A DNA stretch of 64,000 bases from the IMG/VR virus record IMGVR_UViG_3300042557_001040, positions 23,970-87,969 of that record, one strand, 5' to 3'. Source of the stretch: a virus. This document shows, piece by piece, positions 58,831-64,000 of the stretch (within the stretch, counting starts at the first letter, position 1; the number at the start of each line of letters is the position of its first letter). The position numbers were made by a program, and so were the translations under genes. The notes beneath the pieces are model-generated. The model was not told where the DNA came from, did no database searches, and saw nothing but the letters and a program-made list of their open reading frames with translations.

Positions 58831-59441
58831 TTGATCAACACAATCAGTATTACAATAATGGTGTCAACCAATTCATCATCACCAACTAATGTTCTGATGG
58901 TTAAAGTATCTTCATCAGTTCTTTCAATTGCAATACTGGTATAGGAAGCTGTTGTTCCACCAATATAAAATGTCTTTTGACTTTCAAATTGACCAATAGC
59001 AGTAGCCGTATAAACACCAGATGATACATATGCCCAAGTAATAGGGAGCAATTCATTTTGTAAAACAGTAGCAATTGGATCCCCACCTGCCGTTTGATTT
59101 AACAAAGCAGAATAAACTGCATAGGGACGTTTTGCGTCTACATATGTCTTTATAGCCTTCTGAGAAGGAAACAAACTATCACTAGGAGTGGCTCCACCAA
59201 GTGTATCATCTGTAGACTTTGCAGAATCTACATAAGCTTTAATAGCCTTTTGAGATGCCACTAGATCATCAGAGTCAGCAGTGAGAGTACCGTCTACATC
59301 AATTTTATCATTGTTAATCTTACTGTCAATAATGTCATTAAGCATGTCTCCCACGCGCGTAGCTGTGTTTGCATTAGCAACTGTTTCATTCTTAATAACA
59401 TCTGCCGATACAATTAATTGACTATCATTTTGTTGTGCCAT
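58779..59441 (-). CDS. virion fibre-like protein, C-terminus possibly frameshifted
   Basis: ETVANANTATRVG N-terminus, two SD.L..SQKAIK.YVD repeats, YAVYSALLNQ beta domain, aberrant last ~25 aa. Confidence 0.7.
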   Translation of the reverse strand: MAQQNDSQLIVSADVIKNETVANANTATRVGDMLNDIIDSKINNDKIDVDGTLTADSDDLVASQKAIKAYVDSAKSTDDTLGGATPSDSLFPSQKAIKTYVDAKRPYAVYSALLNQTAGGDPIATVLQNELLPITWAYVSSGVYTATAIGQFESQKTFYIGGTTASYTSIAIERTDEDTLTIRTLVGDDELVDTIIVILIVLIKWWVQPAPLRLLLAQMQ

Positions 59442-59446
59442 ATTAT

Positions 59447-59716
59447 TTAGTTAAATGTATTATCAAATGTGTCATCAAATACTCCAAAACAATTTGGGTA
59501 TAATAAAGCTACAAGTTTATTTACAATAGTTGTAAGACTATCTTCAGGTTGTATGTTATAGTTTAGAAGATCAGATTTCATATATAACACCTGATCTGAT
59601 GTTAATATTTGCACACAAGTTTGTTCTCCACTACATTCACTACTAGGACAAGGGTCTACATAAGTAGGTTCAAACGGGCAGTATTCTGGACAATATGGTG
59701 TACAAACATGTTGCAT
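59447..59716 (-). CDS. small Cys-rich structural protein
   Basis: ATG at 59716 in a TAATG overlap with the upstream stop. Ends GVFDDTFDNTFN. Confidence 0.7.
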   Translation of the reverse strand: MQHVCTPYCPEYCPFEPTYVDPCPSSECSGEQTCVQILTSDQVLYMKSDLLNYNIQPEDSLTTIVNKLVALLYPNCFGVFDDTFDNTFN

Positions 59717-60324
59717 TATAAAGGCGGTGCAGTGGTTGTTGTTGTAGTTGGTAATGTTGAATAACAAGGTTCAACAGATGTGTAAGTAATAGGAAGTACA
59801 CAAGATGTTGTTTCTCCATTAATATTTAAAGTAACAGTATTGTCATTACTTTTTATTATAATTACTGGAACGTCTTCACCTAAAACTTTTAGTATATAAG
59901 AATTAGATATTTGAAACTCTGAACTTCCAATTCCAAAACCTTCTAATTTATAACCAATTACTTTTAATTCATCTATTTGTAAATCATTGATTGCATCAAC
60001 TAAACTTTTTCCACTATTTGGAAAAGATACATTTGAAATACTATATGTAGTTTCACCAAGTACAATATTTGCAATTCTAAAGTTTATTGTAGATATTTCT
60101 TTCCAATTAACTTTATAACATGTGGCAGGCAATTCAGTTATGGTTAAACAACCTGATGATGCTATTAAATCACCAGAAAGTGTTGTATATGTTACATCTG
60201 TTGCTGTGTCATCAATATAAAAACTTCCAATAGATGTTTCAATACTATAGGGAACACTGCTTATTTTATAATCTATTTTAATTACACCATTTGTACCAGT
60301 AATAGTGATTAAACAAGCTGCCAT
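59716..60324 (-). CDS. beta-rich structural protein with C-terminal Thr tract
   Basis: 202 aa ending PTTTTTTAPPL. Confidence 0.7.
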   Translation of the reverse strand: MAACLITITGTNGVIKIDYKISSVPYSIETSIGSFYIDDTATDVTYTTLSGDLIASSGCLTITELPATCYKVNWKEISTINFRIANIVLGETTYSISNVSFPNSGKSLVDAINDLQIDELKVIGYKLEGFGIGSSEFQISNSYILKVLGEDVPVIIIKSNDNTVTLNINGETTSCVLPITYTSVEPCYSTLPTTTTTTAPPL

Positions 60325-60341
60325 ATTATTTTATTTTTTAA

Positions 60342-60917
60342 TTATTCTAAACAATTACAAACTCCAGAATTTCCTTCAGCAATTATATCTTCTCTAGTTT
60401 TACAAGGTATTCTAAATTCAACTTGTGGAATACCACTAGAACTATTGGGAGCATCTGTTTGAGCTTTTAAAATTAAATTATCACCAATAGAAGGAATAGT
60501 ATTAAAAATAATATACGTTTTATAGGAGTTTCTAAAACTATCATCTGAACTAGAAGAACAAACATTTGTAATCAAATTTCCAAAAGGCAGAGAAGCTAGT
60601 GCATCTTCAGGTGATGGCCCTGAACCCCAATATAATGTACCTGCTGGAAAAGGATAAAATACATTATTTAAATAAACACCATCATAATAAAGATCATCTC
60701 CTTCACCATCATAAGGTTGGGATCTTCCTGAATTCCAATCTTGTCTTGCTACTAAAATAAATCCATAACAAACAGGAATTTCTAAATTATCCAAATTAAC
60801 ACAATCAGATGTGATTAAAGAAGGATCTGTGGCAGATACTATTTCTGCACCTGAAGGAAGAACAAATTTCTCACCATTCTGTAAAGTAACTGTTTTATAA
60901 ACGCAAGTACTTGCCAT
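60342..60917 (-). CDS. hypothetical structural protein
   Basis: 191 aa, Cys-containing, beta-rich, within the appendage operon. Confidence 0.65.
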   Translation of the reverse strand: MASTCVYKTVTLQNGEKFVLPSGAEIVSATDPSLITSDCVNLDNLEIPVCYGFILVARQDWNSGRSQPYDGEGDDLYYDGVYLNNVFYPFPAGTLYWGSGPSPEDALASLPFGNLITNVCSSSSDDSFRNSYKTYIIFNTIPSIGDNLILKAQTDAPNSSSGIPQVEFRIPCKTREDIIAEGNSGVCNCLE

Positions 60918-60933
60918 ATTATAAGTATTTTAA

Positions 60934-62280
60934 TTATAAGGGAACAGTGGTTGTTGTGGTTGTTGTAATTGTTGAACAAACCTTATATGTAATTGTCACT
61001 TCACCTGTTGCTGTAATCTCACAGCATCCTACACTTGTATAAGGAACTTCTTTGTTAAGACACTTAACACAATTTGTGCTACCATCCGTCACACAGATAT
61101 TAGATTCTATAGTGAGAGGGAGAGAGGGATCAATTGGGCTAGCTCCAAGATTAATTTCATAACCAGCATTAAAATAATCAGGATCCATTAGAATTCCTGT
61201 ATTCAATGTTTGAGAACGAAGTTGGATGTATACGGTAGCTATATGCCCTTCACTATCTGTAATTGTAAGCTTATTTCCTTGGTAACCATATGGTTGTGCA
61301 GGATTTACTGTTTGATCACAATCATACCATGTACCAGGAAGAAGAGTTTTAGGATTGAAGAAAAGAAGAAGAACGAGTTCTCCATCTTCATTTGTAGAAC
61401 GCTTAACATCAAAATCAACAATAATATCATCACAACTAACCTTGCAACAAGTGTCTTGAATAAGTTTTACAGCAGTTCTAATATCGCAAACAGTTATCCA
61501 AAGATTCTGCAAACTCTCAGCCAGATTGGTAGGACTCATCACCCATGTAGGATATTGACTAGGCATCAATAAACCACTAACCAAAGAAGGTGAACTGCTC
61601 AAGTTTTGGCACTGATTTCCTCTCACTTTAGTGATGTCTGAAACTGTACCAACGGCATCACTTAATTGACAAAATTGATTCTCTAGCTCATCCACTACAA
61701 GATTAATAGCGGTTGGTATAGAGGGCAATACACAATTTGGAGTGACAGTGGGGATTGTAGCAGCAGGTGTACTAATCAAAGTGTTTACCTGTTGTTGTAA
61801 AACTGTAATTTGACTAGTATGTGTAGCTACTGTACTTGCAATAGAACAAAGCTTTATACCAATTTGATATACATATTCACTTACTGGAAGCTTTGTTAAA
61901 GGAACACCAAAAGGATTAAGAATGTTAAAACAACTAGCTAAAACCACCTCAATTTCTGCACCAACACTTGTATCTATAGCAGCAACAATATCACTTAAAC
62001 AACAAACCTTATTAATAACAAGATTTAGAATATTAGTTAAAGTTTTTTGGGGTTCAGGAGTAGTTTGGCATATATCCAAAAGACATGTAAGATCAACATC
62101 TGTAAAACCAAAACTGTCTTTAATATCACAAAGTTCTTCTGCTATTTTATATATAACATCTGATACAGTATCTCCTGTACACAGCCCTATACAAGGGAGG
62201 TCTTGTCCTTGCCACATCACACAATTAGATGATGTAGGGGTACAGTTTTCTTTATTTAAGTTGGACTTAATAGGAGTCAT
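60934..62280 (-). CDS. Cys-rich structural protein with C-terminal Thr tract
   Basis: 448 aa. CTPTSSNCVMWQG.DLPC..LCTGDTVSDVI N-domain, coiled segment, ends TTTTTTTVPL. Confidence 0.75.
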   Translation of the reverse strand: MTPIKSNLNKENCTPTSSNCVMWQGQDLPCIGLCTGDTVSDVIYKIAEELCDIKDSFGFTDVDLTCLLDICQTTPEPQKTLTNILNLVINKVCCLSDIVAAIDTSVGAEIEVVLASCFNILNPFGVPLTKLPVSEYVYQIGIKLCSIASTVATHTSQITVLQQQVNTLISTPAATIPTVTPNCVLPSIPTAINLVVDELENQFCQLSDAVGTVSDITKVRGNQCQNLSSSPSLVSGLLMPSQYPTWVMSPTNLAESLQNLWITVCDIRTAVKLIQDTCCKVSCDDIIVDFDVKRSTNEDGELVLLLFFNPKTLLPGTWYDCDQTVNPAQPYGYQGNKLTITDSEGHIATVYIQLRSQTLNTGILMDPDYFNAGYEINLGASPIDPSLPLTIESNICVTDGSTNCVKCLNKEVPYTSVGCCEITATGEVTITYKVCSTITTTTTTTVPL

Positions 62281-62337
62281 ACTCTTACATATTAAAATGT
62301 TTCTTCATATTATTTTTTGCTTCTTTACCCTAGAGCC

Positions 62338-62376
62338 ACAATATAATATACTGAATTTATAAAAGACTACCAAAAA
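62338..62376 (-). promoter_or_regulatory. candidate late promoter
   Basis: Minus strand TTTGG...TATATTATATTG upstream of the appendage operon, similar to the other TAWATTATA elements. Confidence 0.35.
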
Positions 62377-62658
62377 TTAATAGCCTATATACACCCCTCT
62401 AGCTGCCTGTTCTTTAGTGGTGTTAGCAGATATTTCTGAGGGTCTCACTATAAGAGTGAGAATAAAGAACAGGATGCACAGCCCCATCACTAAGATTCTC
62501 TTTCCAGCACCCCATCCTGTACCATCATTAAGCACTGTTCTAATCACTACAAAACCAGCAATTAACACTAAAAACCCAATTACTAGCCAAACTACATAAC
62601 TTGTAGTAGTGAGGCAATAAAGAAAAGCTTCCCAGGTGGATATGTATTCTTGTCCCAT
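62377..62658 (-). CDS. small membrane protein (2 TM)
   Basis: 93 aa with two hydrophobic helices. Confidence 0.7.
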   Translation of the reverse strand: MGQEYISTWEAFLYCLTTTSYVVWLVIGFLVLIAGFVVIRTVLNDGTGWGAGKRILVMGLCILFFILTLIVRPSEISANTTKEQAARGVYIGY

Positions 62659-63077
62659 TATAAAAAGATTTTAAGGATTATAGATAAGATTAAAAGACCA
62701 AACATTAAATACCACTTTGTACTCCCTAACTTCTTGTCTATCATTCCTGTAGTTCCATTATAAAAAACAGGCATTTGTAAAGCAATTACATTAATTCCTA
62801 TTTCAAATAGAAGGATGTTAATAGAACCTGCCAGTAGATAATCCTTCCAGTCTGATTGAAAAAATTGAACAAGAAAACAAGACACAAAAAATAAAACCCT
62901 CATAGAAGCACCATATTTCTTCCATTCATAAGTTTTCCTATCTACAGCATGCTTAAATTGATACTTACTATAAAAAATAAAAAGAAGCGTAAATATTATA
63001 GATGTTATGTATATCACGGTTAGTATTAATATATTATGAGGTTTGTAACGTTGCACCAAACTGCCTAATGACATCAT
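62658..63077 (-). CDS. multi-pass membrane protein (start uncertain)
   Basis: About four hydrophobic segments. Stop overlaps the next ATG. Confidence 0.6.
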   Translation of the reverse strand: MMSLGSLVQRYKPHNILILTVIYITSIIFTLLFIFYSKYQFKHAVDRKTYEWKKYGASMRVLFFVSCFLVQFFQSDWKDYLLAGSINILLFEIGINVIALQMPVFYNGTTGMIDKKLGSTKWYLMFGLLILSIILKIFL

Positions 63078-63486
63078 GTATCTTTATAGATACATTTTCT
63101 CCAATATTGTTAAAGAAATCATATTGCCCTATCCAGGGAATAGTACTTGGTGTAACTATCTCCTCTCCTGTTATGGGGTCAATTGTAATTGTTGGTTGAA
63201 TGTCCTCTTTGTTAATAGGAACACCTGTAACGGGATTGACAGGAACTTCATTTGTTGCTATCTGTTCTCTTGTATAATTTGGAATAATTAATGAAAGACT
63301 ATCTCCATAAGAACCGTCTGAGTTCTTTGAGTAGTGAATAATTGTCCAAGAAATGCTCACCTGTTTTGAGTTCATGTTATAGATGAGGGTGAACAATTTT
63401 GCCTTACGCTTTATTACAGTGGTGTCTATAACAATGTCAGGAATATCGAGAATGATGTCTACAGGATTTGTTGTGAGTTGTGGCAT
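63034..63486 (-). CDS. hypothetical protein
   Basis: ATG at 63486 (MPQLTTNP...), 150 aa, internal NPVTG/DPITG repeat. Confidence 0.65.
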   Translation of the reverse strand: MPQLTTNPVDIILDIPDIVIDTTVIKRKAKLFTLIYNMNSKQVSISWTIIHYSKNSDGSYGDSLSLIIPNYTREQIATNEVPVNPVTGVPINKEDIQPTITIDPITGEEIVTPSTIPWIGQYDFFNNIGENVSIKIHDVIRQFGATLQTS

Positions 63487-63487
63487 T

Positions 63488-64000
63488 TTAGTATAAATAA
63501 AGTGACAAATAAAATTGACTTGCATTCCATGTGCTCATTGCTTGTGTTGATGGTGGTGCAATAATTCCGCCTGTTATTCCTCCAAAAATTTTTCTTGAAT
63601 TCGATAAAATAGTAAATGTTCCAATCATTCCTGAAATTGATGGCAATATTCCCAAAGATGGAGCGGTTCCACTTGAACTATTATATAAGGCCATTAAATA
63701 ATATACACCAGGTTGCAATATTTGAGTACCTCCTGCAAATGCCCTTTGATTCCATGTAGTTGTTGCTGCTTTCCATATATTCCCATCGTTTGTTGTTGAA
63801 TCAACCAACGTAACTGTACCTGATGATTCACTATACAAAGCAATCCCATTATAATTTGTCGCAGTATAAACGCCTTGATTTGCTTGAAACCATGTTGCAC
63901 CTGTTATTGTAATTTCCTTATTTACATAAATTGCATTGAAATAACTTCTACCTGAAAGCATAGCGCCTCCAGTTGATGGCAATAAAGGAACACCAATCGG
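63488..64000 (-). CDS. 3' part of beta-rich fibre/receptor-binding-like protein (truncated by window edge)
   Basis: Frame open to the window end, Gly/Thr/Ser-rich beta-sandwich pattern (GIALYS...LQPGVYYL). Confidence 0.55.
   Translation of the reverse strand, partial: PIGVPLLPSTGGAMLSGRSYFNAIYVNKEITITGATWFQANQGVYTATNYNGIALYSESSGTVTLVDSTTNDGNIWKAATTTWNQRAFAGGTQILQPGVYYLMALYNSSSGTAPSLGILPSISGMIGTFTILSNSRKIFGGITGGIIAPPSTQAMSTWNASQFYLSLYLY

Noticed and set aside
55419-58834. Val-rich + strand ORFs (55433, 57479, 58550) and Leu/Gln-rich alternative-frame ORFs
   Set aside because: They are antisense or shifted-frame shadows of the ACN Thr-codon tracts, not independent genes.
53340-60972. GTA/GTT/GTG-rich tandem repeats as possible CRISPR or microsatellite arrays
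   Set aside because: They are degenerate codon repeats in frame within CDSs, with no fixed repeat-spacer structure and no cas genes.
62377-63077. Membrane proteins as a holin/spanin lysis cassette
   Set aside because: There is no adjacent endolysin or lipobox, and hydrophobicity alone is insufficient.
1-64000. Stop-codon reassignment as seen in some crAss-like phages
   Set aside because: ORFs up to 15 kb are intact under the standard code, and TAG (52393) and TGA (42127) both appear to terminate genes.
1-64000. tRNA genes, DGR, capsid/portal/terminase genes
   Set aside because: No cloverleaf, reverse transcriptase or TR/VR pair was recognised. The head and packaging genes presumably lie outside the window.

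Overview
AT-rich 64 kb segment of a crAss-like (Crassvirales-type) podophage of a Bacteroidota host, read in the standard genetic code. 1-10009 (+ strand) is a replication and nucleotide-metabolism module: AAA ATPase tail, SSB-like protein, primase, HNH, PD-(D/E)XK nuclease, PolB, DUF932, dNMP kinase, a spore-photoproduct-lyase-like radical SAM enzyme and MazG. It converges at a bidirectional terminator with a long - strand virion module. That module contains Cys-rich/poly-Thr appendage proteins, two glycosyltransferases, a metallophosphoesterase, IHF-like, ring and tail stabilisation proteins, three modular proteins punctuated by [MFYK]xxGG motifs, and large cargo proteins. The cargo includes a 5129-aa protein with a zincin domain and the DFDID virion RNA polymerase, and a 1522-aa protein with a nuclease domain. 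The best candidates for undescribed systems are: (1) a phage O-glycosylation locus with glycosyltransferases next to mucin-like poly-Thr virion proteins; (2) GG-delimited, repeat-flanked modular cargo polyproteins carrying cell-wall enzymes and an OMP-like segment; (3) repeat-bounded cassettes inside the giant RNAP protein. All family assignments are from motif recognition by eye, not database searches.
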